A stretch of 64,000 nt of DNA, taken from assembly GCA_013239625.1 (NCBI GenBank), contig MU053934.1, positions 2,436,399 to 2,500,398 of the forward strand, written 5' to 3'. Shown in pieces: positions 1 to 14,010 of this stretch. Below the pieces are notes generated by a model, which was not told the DNA's origin, ran no database searches, and saw nothing but the letters and a program-made list of their open reading frames with translations. Position numbers and translations under genes: made by a program. The stretch's first letter is position 1, and each line of letters starts with the position of its first letter. The DNA comes from Lama guanicoe. Lineage: Eukaryota.

Positions 1-254
1 GAATGCTGAAGACAGAGTGACGGCGATAAATCACAGAAACTGAGGCTTGAAGGGCTGCTGGAGGTCGTTTCGTCTGACCTCTGGACCGACCCTCTCCCTC
101 ATTCCGCGTGATTCCAGCCGGGTGCTCACACAGTCTGTTGAAATCGCTATTTGCAGACGTGACCCGCTGAAGTGACGCAGCAGGTCCCAAATCTGACTGT
201 TGAGTGTGAGCCAAAAGCCCCACAGGGGATCAGAAGCAGGCTCAAAGCCTCTCT

Positions 255-1010
255 GTATTATTTCTTAGATGTGTGACTTTGGGCACTCCGCCTCAACTTT
301 CTAAGCCTCAGTTTCCTCTTCTGGAAATTGAGAGTAATAACACTACCCTCCTAACTTTGATGTGAGGATTGATGGGCTAGTCAAATGGAAAACGCGAAGG
401 ATTTCTATCTCTGCAAGGCACAGCGTTATCACTTTGAGGTTAGACAGAATAGGGTTTGAATTCTGGTTTTTCCAGTTACTTGTGGTACTAGTCTTAGGCA
501 AGTCGTCTTTACCTCTCTGACTCTCACTTTCTGAAATTCTAAAATTAAAAATTCCGTGGGCTGTCATTAGGATTAAACGAGTTAAGGTTTATAAGGCACT
601 GGGCACATGGTCAAATCACGTGTGGTGGCTAGAATCGTGGGACCTCCTGGAATCTCAGCTTCATCATCTGTCCTCTGGAAACAAACATAATGTCTTCCCT
701 GTAGGCCTCACAGGATTGTTATGAGGCTTAAAAAACTTGTGACACAGTTTATAAATAGAAAAATATTACACCAGTGCTAATTAGCGATACTGCAAGGCGG
801 CCAGCACCCTGGAAAAAGCATGGCGTTGGCTCTGGCTCTGCCTTTTATTCTCTATGTGACCTTGGACAAGTGGTTTCCCCATCAAAGGACCAGTTTCCTC
901 TTCTGTAATATACCACCTTCATAGGACTGTCGTGGACATTGGTAAGATGCTGAATGGAAAATGTCTACTATACCTTCAACACACAATAAATTTTAATAAA
1001 TGGTACCTAT
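255..1010. mobile_element. Cluster of several MIR SINE fragments
   Basis: Repeated MIR core variants (tgtgaccttgggcaag...cctcagtttcctc...ctgtaa...gtgaggatt) at ~255-400, 440-610, 650-760 and 830-1010. Confidence 0.7.
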
Positions 1011-2159
1011 TATTATGAGCAAGTTTTTCTTTAAACTTCCCTAGATTCTGTTTCTGGAGCTAAGAGACTGAGAGAGGGGAGTGAAAACACAGCTTGCTCC
1101 TCACTGTACATTCTTTGTATCTTTTGACTTGTGTTATGGGACTATATTTTTTTAGTAAGTAAAATTTAAATTTAAGTAGAAATATAATACATTGTAATAA
1201 ATAATAATCAAAACATAATAAATTAAAATTTTAAACTAAGTTTTAATCTCAATGGTAGAGACCTTGAGAAGATGCCAAAATGCAAAGTACAACCTGCTAT
1301 GCACGCATGCATGTACCGTGGAAAGGCAGAGTCACGTTTTTTCCTAAGATCATGGGGAAATTTTCAAATCCCACAAAGGGTCACCTCTGAAGGGACTGAC
1401 CATCCTTTCATGTAAACATTCTCAAAGCCACTTGCAGTCATGTTCTATGGAAGGAAATTACCTCGATTTGGAACCCTCGGGATGGATTTCCCTTCGCATC
1501 AGAGGTATTCAGGACTCTGGGTGACTCACTCCTCCCCGCTGGGTTGCCCTCCAACCCTGGTGAGGCTGAACACCTCATTTAGGAGCAATAACTCTCCCCT
1601 CATCCTAATGCCTTACATGGGTATCAACTAGCCCTGGACCATCCAGCCAATCCACACCCAGACTTCTCCAATGTCCTAGGATGCCTCTGGCCTTGGAGAG
1701 CCTTCCTGTTTCCTCTTCTGGGGCCACTGGCTGAACTAACCACCACTGCTCTACCCTGGAGGCTCCTATTTAGCTGAGGAAGGAGGGAGCTAGAGCATCA
1801 AAGTCCAAGCCCACTTTCTCCCCTGTGTCTACTGTCACATCATCGCTGTGTGTGGCAATGATCAGAATTCAGATTGCGTTTCACAGATTACCCAGGTACG
1901 GAGGAGAGAGATGGAAGTTTGGGGCATGGAATTTAACTGCCTCATCCTGGAAGTGACATGTCATTTTCACACATTTCATTGGCCAGAACTAGTTACAGGC
2001 CCTGCCCAACTGAAAGGGTGCAGACCAGTGCTGGGGAATGAATGGAGTATTTGGGGAGCAATGCTGTGTCTGCCACATTCTTCCTGCTCAGCCTTTTGGC
2101 CAGTAGTAATTGACTCTAGAACCAGAGAACGTTAGAGTGGAAGGGACCTCAGGATTCAT

Positions 2160-2330
2160 CTCATTCAAAAGCAAAAACAATCAGAATCCTCTGAGGTTGT
2201 TGTCCAAAATGCAGAATCCTTGGTCCTACTGCAGACCTGCTGAATCAGAACAGTCTAGGACGGGGCCAGGGAATCTGTATTTTTAAAAGCTCACTAGGAG
2301 ATTCTAGCAGTCAGGCTGGGGACCCACTGA
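2160..2330. mobile_element. MER5A-like hAT/Charlie DNA transposon inside a MIR
   Basis: aaaatgcagaatcctt...ctgaatcagaa...gaatctgtatttttaa...cccactg signature. Confidence 0.65.
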
Positions 2331-2479
2331 TGGAGTCAAACCCCCTTTTATAGATGAGGAAACTGACTCTCAGAAGAACAGAGACTTTCTCAAGGCCACA
2401 TGGGGAGTAAGTGACAGCTTGGACCAGAATCTAGGCTTCCTGGCCAGGGCTCTTGACGCCTGTAGTCTTAACACCTGGA

Positions 2480-2930
2480 GTCTCTGCCTGCCCTGGCTTC
2501 TGATAGCACCTCTGTTCTCTTCTGGGGACACATCAGTCCCCATGGTTCAAGTCCTCATGGTTCAAGTAGGGCCTACCCACTCAAGTCTGGAGTGGGCACA
2601 CAACATGAAACTAACCAATCAGAATCCCAGGATATGTTCTGAGATGATCTGGATATAAGTCCAAAAAGTGGGAGGCAGACCCGGGATGTTTGATGGAACT
2701 ATTTAGAGAAAAAAAAAAAACTCTTTCCACTGAGGTTTGATGTGACCCTGGAGAAGCTGGCTGTCTTTGCTGTCATGTAGGGACAGCCTGCCTGAAAATA
2801 AGAACTGAACGAAGGAAAGCAGAGGTAAGGGACAGAGACGGGTCCTGATAGCATCAACTGATGCCCACGTCCAGCTCTGCCTAAATTGTCCCTTGTGGGC
2901 CAATAATTTCCTTTTCTGTTCCCTGAGGTT
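2480..2930 (+). mobile_element. Old ERVL-type LTR (LTR16/33-like)
   Basis: Diverged LTR16-like motifs (aaccaatcagaatccc...gggtcctgatagcatc...ccaataatttccttt). Family uncertain. Confidence 0.4.
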
Positions 2931-3828
2931 GGGGCTCTGCCCTTGCAACTGCAAACAGCTGGAGACAGAGCCCTGGGGTCCAGAAGCACCCCATTCAGTT
3001 GACGAGAATCTATTGACAGTTTTTAGGGAGGTGTCAAGTGTGAAATGCTGACCGTGCCCCTCACAAGCCAGGACATGAGACCAACACAGGCAGCAAATAT
3101 GCCCAGGGCACTGAAGTGCCTCTACCAGCATCACAGACATCTGGGGTCTCATTTGATGTCCTCTGTGGGAGTTAAACAGGGAAGTAAAATCATTTCTGAA
3201 TGATAAGGAAACTGATGTTCAGAGAGATGAGACCACTTGCCCAAGGCCAAACAGGATGTGGGAGAGTTGACACTTACCCCAGGTGTTTTGACTCTCAGCT
3301 GGAGTACTTGGTGCTCCTTTGGGCTCCGCTCTGCCTAGAATTACAGCCAGCCTTTGAGGGCCTGCTACGGGCCAGACACCACTGTGAGCACTTTCCATGT
3401 TTTGCTCATGTGGTCCATACAACAAAGTATTGGTCGGGATGATGATGGTGGTGATGACAACGCCATCATACAGTTGAACAAATGAGGGGGCTTGGGTACC
3501 CAGCCAAGACCACACGGCCAGGCAGCATCATGGGTGGACTGTGGCCCAGGGAGTCCTGAGCCCTCAGTGGCTTGAAGTTCACTCATACTCCTTGCCACAC
3601 CACATCGGAGCAGATGGGAGCCCCCGCCTCTCGCTGCCTTGATGAGAGTGGCTGTTTAGAAACCAGTCAAGAGAGGTAAGGAGGTGAGGTGGACAAGAGC
3701 ATCTTCTCTGATCACACTGACTTCTCTGAGATGGCCCCCGGCCAGAGTCACTGCTGGGAGGCCTTGCACCAGCTCCACCAGGATTCTGCTGAAGAAGCAG
3801 GAAGTGCGGGGTTAAAAGTGGTCTCCAG

Positions 3829-4370
3829 AATCCTAGGCACCCAAAATAATTGAAAGCAGGGTCCCAAAGGGATATTTGTACACCGAAGTTTATAGCAGCA
3901 TTATTCACAATAGCCCAAAAGTGGAAGCAATGCAGTGCCCATGAACAGATGAATGGATAAATAAACAAGATCTGATCTATACACACCATGGACTATCATT
4001 CAGCCTTAAATAGGAAGGAAATTCTGGGACATGATACAACATGGATGAAGACATTCTATTTTGTGAAATAAGCCAGGCACAAAAGGACAAATACTGTCTG
4101 ATTCCACTTATGTGAGATACTTAGATCAGCCAGATTCATAGAGACAGAAATAAAGTGCTGCTTGTCAAAGATTGGGGAGAGGGGAGGGCAAATGGGGAGT
4201 TACTGTTCAATGAGTACAGAGTACAGTTTTGCAAGTGGAAGAAAGTTCTGGAGATAGATGGCTACATAACAACATGAATGTACTTAATGCCACAGAACTA
4301 TACACTTAAAGATGGTTAAAATGGTAAATTTTATATTATATGTATTTTGCCACAATTAAAAATTAACTAA
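3829..4370 (+). mobile_element. L1 3' end (old L1MB-like)
   Basis: atagcagcattattcacaatagcc...agatgaatggataaa...aatggtaaattttatattatatgtattttgccacaatt, typical of the L1 ORF2 end and 3' UTR. Confidence 0.85.
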
Positions 4371-4414
4371 TTAATTAAGGGATTGGGGGAAGAGTAGTCT
4401 CCAGAGACAGCCTG

Positions 4415-4610
4415 CTCTCAAATCCTAGCTCTGCTACTCATGTGCTGTGTGACCTTGGGCAAGTTGCTTTCCCTCTCTGTGCCTCAGTTGCCTCACTTAT
4501 CAAGTGAGAATAATGACACCTAGCTCAACAGAATTGTGGTGAGATTTAAAGGACTCCAAACCATTAAAGTACCCAGAACAGTGCCTGGAACAAAGTAAGG
4601 ACTCAATCAA
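4415..4610 (+). mobile_element. MIR SINE
   Basis: tcaaatcctagctctgc...tgtgaccttgggcaagtt...gcctcagtt...cagtgcctgg. Confidence 0.75.
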
Positions 4611-6381
4611 TTTAACACTGATTATTTTCATACTAGTCACTTTGGACTGCGACTGAGTGAGAGAAGAAAAATAATGAATCTTTCTTCTCTAGATTCTCTT
4701 TCTCTTTGCCCAGGTTCCACCAGCCTAAAGACACTGGACTGGCCATGCTTCAAGCCACAGGGTGGGCTAGTGGAAAAGATGATCATCATAGCCAGTCAGT
4801 GGAGGGGCTTCAACCCAGCCCCTCCATGTGCTGCTGTGTGACTTCTGGCCAGTTCATTTACCTCTCTGTGCCATGAAATGAGTAAACTACTGCCAATCTC
4901 ACAGGTGAAAGTGAGGGTTAAGGGAAAGAATGGAGCATCCCACACCGACCCGTCCCTCCCTTCTTCATGGATCCACGGCAGGGGAGCGAGACTGTGTTCT
5001 CTCACTTCCCAGGCTGCTGCTGGTTCAAAAAGGACCAGAGAAATGTTGTCTCTAAGGACTGCGGCTTCAGTCCACGTGACCAGTATGAGCATCGTTAACA
5101 AAAGGCCACCCACCTTCCAAGGTTTTCGGAAGAGGCTTCTCCCCCCTTTCAGGGCTTCGGATGGGGGTCAGGGAGATGCCCAGAGCGATAAATAAAGAAG
5201 GAGCAAAAATCAAACCAAAAAAATGCTTACTTTGGAACAAAAGTTCATTGCTAAACACTACCCACAAGGCCTTGCATACAGAAACCACCTGCTGGGGGTG
5301 CTCTGGAATGTCTTGGGCTGCAGTGGGGAGAGGAGGAGCCTGGGCCCGAGCAGCTGGGCTGGGCCCCAGGAGGCAGGACCAGGACTTGGCCTGTGGCAGC
5401 CCTCCCAGGTACCCTGGCATCTTCACATCCAGGAATTTGTGATCTCTCACACCCGAGCCCACACGGCCTGGGCCACCCACACAGACACCCATGTGGCTCC
5501 CCCACTGTTCCTGCCTCCGCCCCTCTCCTTCGTAGGGCCCCTCTGCCCACCTGCAGTGCTTTGCCCATGCCACCCGCCTTAGTCTCACTAACCTCAACTC
5601 AGCCTTCCAATGCTCTGCTGGCAACCCCCCGCTGACCCCACCCCAGCCCCCAGACACCCGAGTTCGTCTCTACTGTGGCAATCCTACAAAGCGCCGCCAC
5701 TTGTGTACCTGCCTCTCTCCTCCACTAAGCTGCCAGCACCTGAGAGTCGTAGAATATAATGATCAAGGACATGGATTTGGAGCCAAACTGCCATTGCTTG
5801 AATCCCAGCTATGTGACCTTGCATATGTTAATTCATCTCTTGTGCCTCAGTATTTCCTGCTATAAGATGGGGATGATCATGACAGTGTCTGTCTTTTGGG
5901 GATTCTGCCAGTTGCTGAGTAATTCTATTCCAATCATGCATTCTAGAACTGGGGACATAACCGCAGGATGGGCTTCAGGGACTCACTAAGCCAAGCGTGG
6001 GACAGGCCTGAGCTAAAACTCCATTGATCACCAGACCTCCATAAGCCCTTATTCTGATGGTGGGCCATAGTGATGTTTTGGGTCTCCTGGGATTAGAGTC
6101 AATTCAGAGCCAGAAAAGTCTGATGATTTCCCATTCCCTAACACACAGTCACCCTGGTAATTGGCCGGAAGTCCCTTTGAAGAAGGCTGGGGGATAGATG
6201 AAGGGGGTAACTTTTGACACTGTAGAGGGGTCCCTCCTCGAGGGGAACCAGCACCCTCTTTGCTCTCTAAACCAGTTCAAGTCTGGGAATTGATGGAGGG
6301 TGGTGATAGTTTGGGTGACTCAAGTTAAACTGTTCACTTCAGCTGGAATTCTTCCCCTTACACAGATGGAGTAGAGTTTAG

Positions 6382-6408
6382 AATGAATGAATGAATGAAT
6401 GAATGAAT
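6382..6408. repeat. (GAAT)n microsatellite, probably derived from an L2 tail
   Basis: About seven gaat units seen directly. Confidence 0.9.
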
Positions 6409-9216
6409 ATAATAAAAAAGAGTTTAGGAGACTGCCCATCCATTTCCCCTGCTGAGGGATGTCGTGATCAATCAACTAGCCAACGCTGTAGGTCTCTGAG
6501 TGTTTAAATGGATTTGAGTGGGTTGGTATCCGTGAGGCACTAGACTCGTGCCTGCCATACTGTTCGCAAAACAGAAGTGCTTCTCATCACTGCTGGTCCT
6601 CCTTCTGCTCCCTGTGCCTGGCAGCAGGCAGGCACTCAGGAAGCGATTACAGAATAGGGGGGTGAATGGGTCCCTGATCAAGGTGCAGCTGGAGTCTGCT
6701 CTTGAGACATAAGCCAAATTCACCTGTGATTCAGGTAAGACCATGAGTTCTGGGACATCCAAAATGGGCCTAACTGCACGGGGAAAGAACCTAGTGGAAA
6801 GTAAAAGAGGGTCCAGACTTATGGAAGGTTAGGTTTGAGGGCATTGGACCAAAGCTAAAAGGGAGAATTATGAACTCAGAGTGTCCTGAGGTGTGACCCT
6901 CAGATTATCTCTACCAGGCTTAGATATTTGTCTGTGAGTGTAGTTACTGGTTTTTATGTAGCTTCTAAGGACCTCCAGCTACACAGAATTGAGCTGATAT
7001 AATTTTAGGGTAAAGCAATACATCACTGATGGTTTATGCAAGACCCCTTTCTTACTCATTTTGTTTTCTTTCTTCCCCGATCCCTACTCCCAGTCACCTT
7101 CCCCAAACAGGCATGAACCTTGTAAATTCCCTTTTAAGGATTTCTTGCATGTGTTTTAATTTTCAAAAATTAAAATTCACTCTGCTACTTAGCGATCGCC
7201 CTGTCGGCATTGACATGGGTATGTGAGATGCCGGTTACAAGACACACCCAGATTTCATTTTGCCAAACGCTTCCCATTGTTTTCCAGAGTGGCTGTGCCA
7301 ATTCACATGTCCACAGCAGTACTCGGGGCCTCCCTTCTCCCCACATTGTCACCTACTCTGAAGAGTATTGCCCTTTCTAATTTGTGATGGGGTGTGAATG
7401 GGTATCTCGCCGTTTCAATCATTTTCATTTAATATCTGTCTTTCCTGCTGGGTTGTAAGTCTGTGAGGATGGCAGGCTCACCTGAAAGGCACATTTTTGT
7501 CTTTAGCGTTCAACTCCATGCCTGCCGCATACAAGAGGCTTCAATCCATGCTTTTGAACGGATGAACCAATTACTCCCACGTGTAGCCCTCCTGAACCCA
7601 AGCTTGACCCCTGGGGAGGGGAGAGGTGGTCATGAGTAAGCAAAACAGAAAGAGCTGTTTACTAAACTCTCAGAAGTCACTGCCCAAGGGGAAATTTCTT
7701 AGGGAGGCCCAGACACAGCTGGAGGCGTGCAAAGGAGTGGGTGTTCCCACGGAGCCAAAGAAAAGCCACTGGGTTGCAGACGGTCCTCTGTTCATCTAGA
7801 AGACACGGGCTCTAGTGAGATCACACAAGACTCTGGTATAAGCTGCACAGATAAACTCCAGTGTCAAAGGGGAACAGAACATTTGCTGCTGAGTGGTTGG
7901 ACCAAGTGGATCTTTCTCATGTGTTATTATTTTTAAAATTTGGAATTAAACGGAAGCCGCATACTTCTGAATTATTTGGATCAAACATCTCCTGGTGGAG
8001 CCTGCACAAAACTGCCAGCTGTCCTGTCTGGGGTCTGAGAGATGCTTTTCTGCTGAAAGCCTCAGTTTCCTCATCTGTGAAGTGGGGACAGTAACAGTGC
8101 ATACCTCATTGTCCAGCACACAGTCAGCACAGAGCGAACGCTGGCTTTGGAAGGCTTCTCTAAGGTCCAGGCTTGGCATGTATGAGGGCCAGGAGCATAG
8201 TAAGAGGTAGTCAGCCTGGCCTTCCTTGGCCTCACTTTTCTGGCTTCTAAAGGACCCTCTTGTGACTTAGGTATCACATACCCTCACTCATTCAAGCAGC
8301 AAACTCCCATGGAAGCACTGAAGACACAATGACAAGCCAGACCCAACCCCACCCTCAAGGGGCCTGCAGACGCTGGGCAGAGCGGTGAGGCTGTGATGAG
8401 GGAAAACACAATGTCCAGGGGAGAAGAGGAGGCCGTCCGCCCCATGCCTCCGCCCCTCTCTGTCCCTTCTGGCTCTGTTGGAGCCTCATTTTTCTCACCT
8501 GCAAAATGGGACTCACAGGGTTGTTTTCAGGTTCAAAGAAGAAAATGGATTAGTGGTGGCAAAGAACTTTCTAGACTGCCAAATGCATCTAAACAGACAG
8601 CCAGGGCTACATAAGAAAGCAGAGACTTGTTTACAGAGTGATACCACTGGTCCATGGCCTCTGTCTCCAGGCCAGTTTAAAATCCTATGCTTTAAAGAAG
8701 CTTTAAAGGCAAGGAATGATGCTTTAAGCCCATCCTTTGGGCGGGGAAAGGAATGGGGCAGGTGGGAGTGAAGGGATGGGGCTCAGATTCAGTTGCTCAT
8801 CATATTTCCTAGACCGCCAGGACCCGAGTGATCGGAGGGTCAGGAGCAGAAGCTGATGGAATCCAGCCACTATCTCCCCCTCACCTAACCACCTGGAAGT
8901 CAAGGAGCTGAGAGGCTGGGGATACAAAGCTCGCTGTGTCAGCACAGGGGCGGCTGTATTAGCTAGAGGACAGACTAGGCTGCTGTAATGGTGTGGAAAA
9001 CACCATTGCTTCAATGAAGCAGAGATGCATTTCTGGTCCTCGGAGGTGGTCCAGGGCGGGCACCCAGGCTCCTTCTACTTTGTTGCTCAGCCACCTCTTG
9101 GGGCTCACCCTTATTCACATGCCTCCAGCCACAATGGGGCAATTCGCTTGTTATTCCAGGCAGAGGGAAGAGAGGCAGAGGGAAGGGCCTGTCACATTCT
9201 TTTCCTTTTAAGGGCA

Positions 9217-9760
9217 TGTGGTTGCCAGACTTCAAGACTGTCATCATGATTCCTGCCTCCTGTTATTCCTGCCCGTGGGTAATCCCCTCCCACACTGAGT
9301 TGACCTGTGTAACCAATAGGATATTTTGGAAACACAGAGTGTGACCTCTGAGGCGAGGTCTTAAGAGACATCGCAGCTTCCACCTGGCTGTCTCTCGGAT
9401 CGCTTGCTCTGGGAGAGGCCAGCTGCTGTGTCTTGAGGATACTAAATCGAGTGGTCCTGTGGAGAGGTCTGCATGGTGAGGAACTGAGGCCTCCCACCAA
9501 CAGCCAGCATGAACTTGCCCACTACGTGAAGGAGGCATCTTGTAAGTAGATCCCCCAGCCCCAGTCAAGCTTGCAAGTAACTGCAGACCTAGCCAACATC
9601 TTGACAGCAGCTTCATAAGAGATACCGATCCAGGACCACTCAGCTAAGCCATGACCAGACTCTTGACCACTGGAACTATGTGAGACAGTAAGTGTCTACT
9701 GTTGTGTTAAGCTACTAAGTTTGGGGGCAATCTGTTACTCAGTACTGGATAACTAATACA
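9217..9760 (+). mobile_element. MaLR solo LTR (MLT1F-like) nested in an older antisense MLT1 (~8955-9900)
   Basis: Starts tgtggttgccagacttcaaga and ends ...tgttactcagtactggataactaataca. The flanks continue as an MLT1-like sequence. Confidence 0.75.
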
Positions 9761-10019
9761 GGTGCCCACTCAGAAGGTGCACGCGTCACTTGCAATCACA
9801 TCTATTGGCCTTAACCCAGCCACATGGACATGTGCAGCTGCAAGGGCGTCTGGGAAATGTAGTCTGCACCAGGGCAGCCATGTGCCCAGATAAAACTTCA
9901 ATGACACAGGCCCTTAACTTCATCACATCTGTAAAGTCCCTTTTGCCATGCAAAGTAACAGGTTCCAGGGATTAGAACACGGGCATCTTTGGGGACCTTT
10001 ATTCTGCCTCCCACAAGGC

Positions 10020-10700
10020 AGAAGCTTATATATGAATATTCGTAGCAGCAACGTTATTCATAATTGCCAAAAAATGGCCAATGTCCTTCAATGGATGAAT
10101 GGTTAAACAAACTATAGTCCATCCATACAGTGGAATACTACATGGCAATAAAAAGAGAGAAACTATGGAGGGTAGAGCACATGCTCAGCATGCACGAGGT
10201 CCTGGGTTCAATCTCCAGTACCTCCATTTAAAAAAAAAAAGAAAAAGAGATGAACTATGGATATATACAACTTGGTTAAACCTTGAGAAAAGTATTCTGA
10301 GCGGAAAAAAAGCCCATTTCAAAAGGCTACATGCTGCATAATTCCATTTGTATAACACCTGTGAAGGCACATCGTTCTAGAGCTGGGGCAGAGAGGCTGC
10401 CGGGGTTAGGAATGGACGGTGGGGGTGGCTGTATAGGAGCGTCTTGTGGTGACGGTACAGTCAAGTCTCTTGATTGTGGTGCTGGCTACATGAAGGTATG
10501 TGCATGATAAAATTGCGTCAAACTACGCACAGACACACACACATGAATGTGTGAGTAACAGGTCAAATCTGAATAAGCTCTGTGGATTGTTCTAATGTCA
10601 GTTTCCTGATCTTGCTATTACCCTCTAGTTATGCAAGATGCTAGCATGGGGGGAGGCTGTGTGAATTTGTAATTATTTCAAAATTCAAAGTTTAAAAAAA
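10020..10700 (+). mobile_element. Old L1 3' end (L1MC/MB-like) interrupted by a SINE
   Basis: gcagcaacgttattcataattgcc...atggatgaatggttaaacaaa...ttgtaattatttcaaaatt. Confidence 0.8.
10170..10241 (+). mobile_element. 5'-truncated camelid tRNA-derived SINE (Vic-1-like)
   Basis: ggtagagcacatgctcagcatgcacgaggtcctgggttcaatctccagtacctcca + poly(A). A 20-bp TSD at 10150-10169 and 10242-10261 (18/20 identical). Confidence 0.85.
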
Positions 10701-12659
10701 GCAAAGAGTGCTGGACTTCCAGACCGGAGACGTGGTGTCTGGGTTCTAGTCCTGGCTCTTTCCTTCCCTTGCCTGAGGCTAATCCCCTGCCATCTCTAGG
10801 ACTCGACTGCCCCATCTGTGAAATGGGGGTTTTGGTTTACGTCACAGGCTTTCAAAGTTTTCTATTTAACAGGGAAATCCTTTGTTTCAACACTGACGCA
10901 GGCACAGTTAGAACCCCAAGATTGTGAACCCCAGTGGGACTTACTACCTGTAACACTCTGATGGAAGGCTCCCCCTGGGCCCAGGGGAAGACTGGAAGTG
11001 CCGAGAAGCAAATGCTTTCTGAAGGGAGTTGGTAGTTAAACAGCCGAGCGCCCCTACCCCTTGGGCAGGATGACTGGGAGATGTGGGTTGTGCACTGGCT
11101 CCTGGAGGTCCCCAGCCGCCTGCAGTGGAAACGGGCTTGACAGCACGTGCTTTATCCATTGTCTTACCTTCCCTGTCTCATTTCTCAGCCCCTCACCTAA
11201 GATGTCTGAGAATATCTCCAGGTAACCGATTTGTATTCCTAGCTTCATCTCAGGTTCTGTGTCCGCTTCCACCCAAGTTAGAATTCCCCAAACACAAGAC
11301 AAACAAGAGCTGTGGCCCCAGGAGTCGGGATGGGGGGTGGTCAGTGAGAGCCAGGCCACATGGGACCTACCTGGAGGGACGGACCTTCATGTGGACCTTG
11401 AGCGAGAAACACATTTTGAAAGGGAAGGAAGGACACACGAGAGCACAGCCGAGCGGGGCCTCAGGAACCAGCATGGCAGGAGGCGGGGCCCTGGGTTGCT
11501 AACCCGCTGTCTGGTCCTCTGTGCTGGCCAAGTCACCGCGGGGCAGTTCTCTTCATATCTTCCCTTTTCACTCAACTCTATGTTCCTCTTTGACCAAGAA
11601 AGTGACCCAAAAAGGATCGTGGTCACTTTCTTATCAGGCCTGTGGTGAAGGCAGAGGACTCACATCAGGCCCTTCCCCAGCTCCCAGGGCCTCAAGTGCC
11701 TTCTGCAAGGAGGACACCCCAGCTCCGCTGGGGGCCACTGCAGGGCACCCCCAAAACTCTGAGCCAGACAAAGGTGCCCCAGGCGGTGCCCTGAGATTAG
11801 GGCCTAATGTGTGCCAGGCCACGCAGTCCTCTGGGAGAGCGCTGAGAAGGGAGTCCACCTACTGACTTGTAGAGCAGCCTCATGTCAGAGTCTTTGTCCT
11901 ACTGAACTTCGCAGGACGGGATACTCGAAAGGGCTTCAGAGGCCAGAGACGCTCCTACTGTTCAGCTGCAAGTTATCATCCCAGTGAGGATAAAGCCCTG
12001 TCCTTACTCCACATGGTGTCCTAGCGCCCGGCACAGGGCCTGCCGCCTGGGAGAGGCTCAGGAAACGCTTGCTGATGTAATGAGTGAGTGAATGAATGAA
12101 TGAATGAGAGCTTGAATATGTCACCTGGTTCAACAATTCAATCCAACAAAGTACACACCAGGCGCTGGGCTGGGCACTGAGGAAAGTCACAAATAACAAG
12201 ATGTGCTTTCTTACCCTCAAGACCTTAAGACGTAAGACGCGGATGACTTTCCTATGGGGACCACTTTTGAGGTCCACATGTGTGCTCCCCTCCTGCATGT
12301 CCTCTGCTCATTTAAGTTGGATCTGGACTCCAGATCCTACTCAGGCTGTCTGTGGTGGCTGAACCCCAGGGCAGCCCCACGAGCCCACCTCCGGAGGGTC
12401 ACATCCTTGGCTCATCCCCTCCCCTCGAGTGTGGGTGGGGCTGTGATTTGCTTGTAACCAACCAAACATGGCAAAGGTGACAGAATGTATGTGATTGTGA
12501 GATTGTGAAGCAAAGAGGTCTGGGCACTAGGGTGTCTGGAACTTTCAAATAGGCCACCCTTGTAACTCCCCAAGGCTTTAGAGATACAGTCCAGTCAGGG
12601 GACTCAGTTGCAAACAGTGGGATCCACGGTGCCTTGAAACTAGAAAGGGAGTTTACCAG

Positions 12660-12860
12660 AACAGTGGTTCTCAAACTTGAGCCAGCCACAGAATCCCCTG
12701 GAAGGCTTGCTGGACACAGCCAGCCAGGCCCCACCTTCACAGTTTCTGGTTCAGGAGGTCTCTGATGGCCCCAAGAATCTGTATGTCTAACAAGTTCCCA
12801 GTATTGCTAACAAGTTTCTAACTGCAAGTTGTGGGACCACAGTTTTAAGAACCACTGGAC
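12660..12860. mobile_element. MER5A-like hAT transposon
   Basis: Terminal inverted repeats cagtggttctcaaa ... ttttaagaaccactg. Confidence 0.75.
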
Positions 12861-12884
12861 TAAATGCTATTAAGAAGGTTACAT

Positions 12885-13225
12885 CATGCTTAGTGAAATA
12901 AGTCAGACGAAGACAAATCCTGTGTGATATCTCTTATACATGGAATCTAAAAAATACAACCAACAGTAAATATAATGAAAAAGAAGTAGATTCACAGATA
13001 CAGAGAACAAACTATTGGGTACCTGTGGGCAGGGAGAGTCAATACAGGGCTAGTGGAGGCACGAATTACCAGGCATAAAATAAGCTACAAGGCTATATGA
13101 TACAGCACAGGGAATATTGCCAACATTTTATAGTAACTATAAATGGAGTATAACCTTTAAAAATTCTGAATCATATGTTGTACACCTGTAACTTATATAA
13201 TATTTTACAGCAGCTATAATAAAAA
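12885..13225 (+). mobile_element. L1 3' UTR fragment
   Basis: atgcttagtgaaataagtcag...agcacagggaatat...tgttgtacacctgtaact...aataaaaa. Confidence 0.8.
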
Positions 13226-13775
13226 GGTGCAGAACCAGGAAGGGACACCAAGAGTCAGGCGTGAGGCTACTCGGTAAGAAAGCAAACCAAAACCACATGA
13301 TGAAACAGCTCCAGGGAAGGAGGCCCATCTGCGAAGGCCAGAGAGGGTCATATGGGGAGAATCAGGAGGACTAATGAGCACTTTTGTTCAATTTCCTGCC
13401 CCTCATGCACTGTAACTCCCCTTCATCGCCCCGTCTTCCGTACAATCTCATGACTCACTCAGTTCTCGTGGAGTTGTTTTTGCCTGTGGAAGGAGGCAAG
13501 AAACCCCCAAGAGCTCCTGCCAGTGATGTGAGTGCAGGGATGTGAGCAACAGCTCTTTGGGGAGCTCAGTCACATTCAGGAGTCGCAAAGCTCAGAGAGG
13601 GGTGGTCATTTGCCTGAGGTCACCCAGCAAGTAGATATTAGAGTCTGGATTTGAACCCAGGTTGGCTTGCTCTCAAAGCCCAGATTCTTTCCACTATAAA
13701 GCCTGAATGGTTGGTTTACACTCTTCCATGCCCCCTTGAGAAATGTCCCTGTCCCAGAGGCATTGAGACCCTAAA

Positions 13776-14010
13776 GAATCTAAAAAATGACACAAGTGAA
13801 CTTATTTACAAAACAAAAAGAGACCCACAGATATAGAAAACAAACATATGGGTACCAAAAGGAGAAGGGGTAGAGGGTTAGGGATAAATTAGGAGTTTGG
13901 AATTAGCAGATATTACTATATACAGAATAGATAAACAACGAGGTCCTACTGTGTAATACAGGGAACAGTATTCAGTATCTTGTAATCAATTGTAATGGAA
14001 AAAAAAAAAA
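13776..14010 (+). mobile_element. L1 3' UTR fragment ending in an A-tract
   Basis: gaatctaaaaaatgacacaagtgaacttatttacaaaac...gggataaattaggagtttgg... Same family as 33026-33405. Confidence 0.85.
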
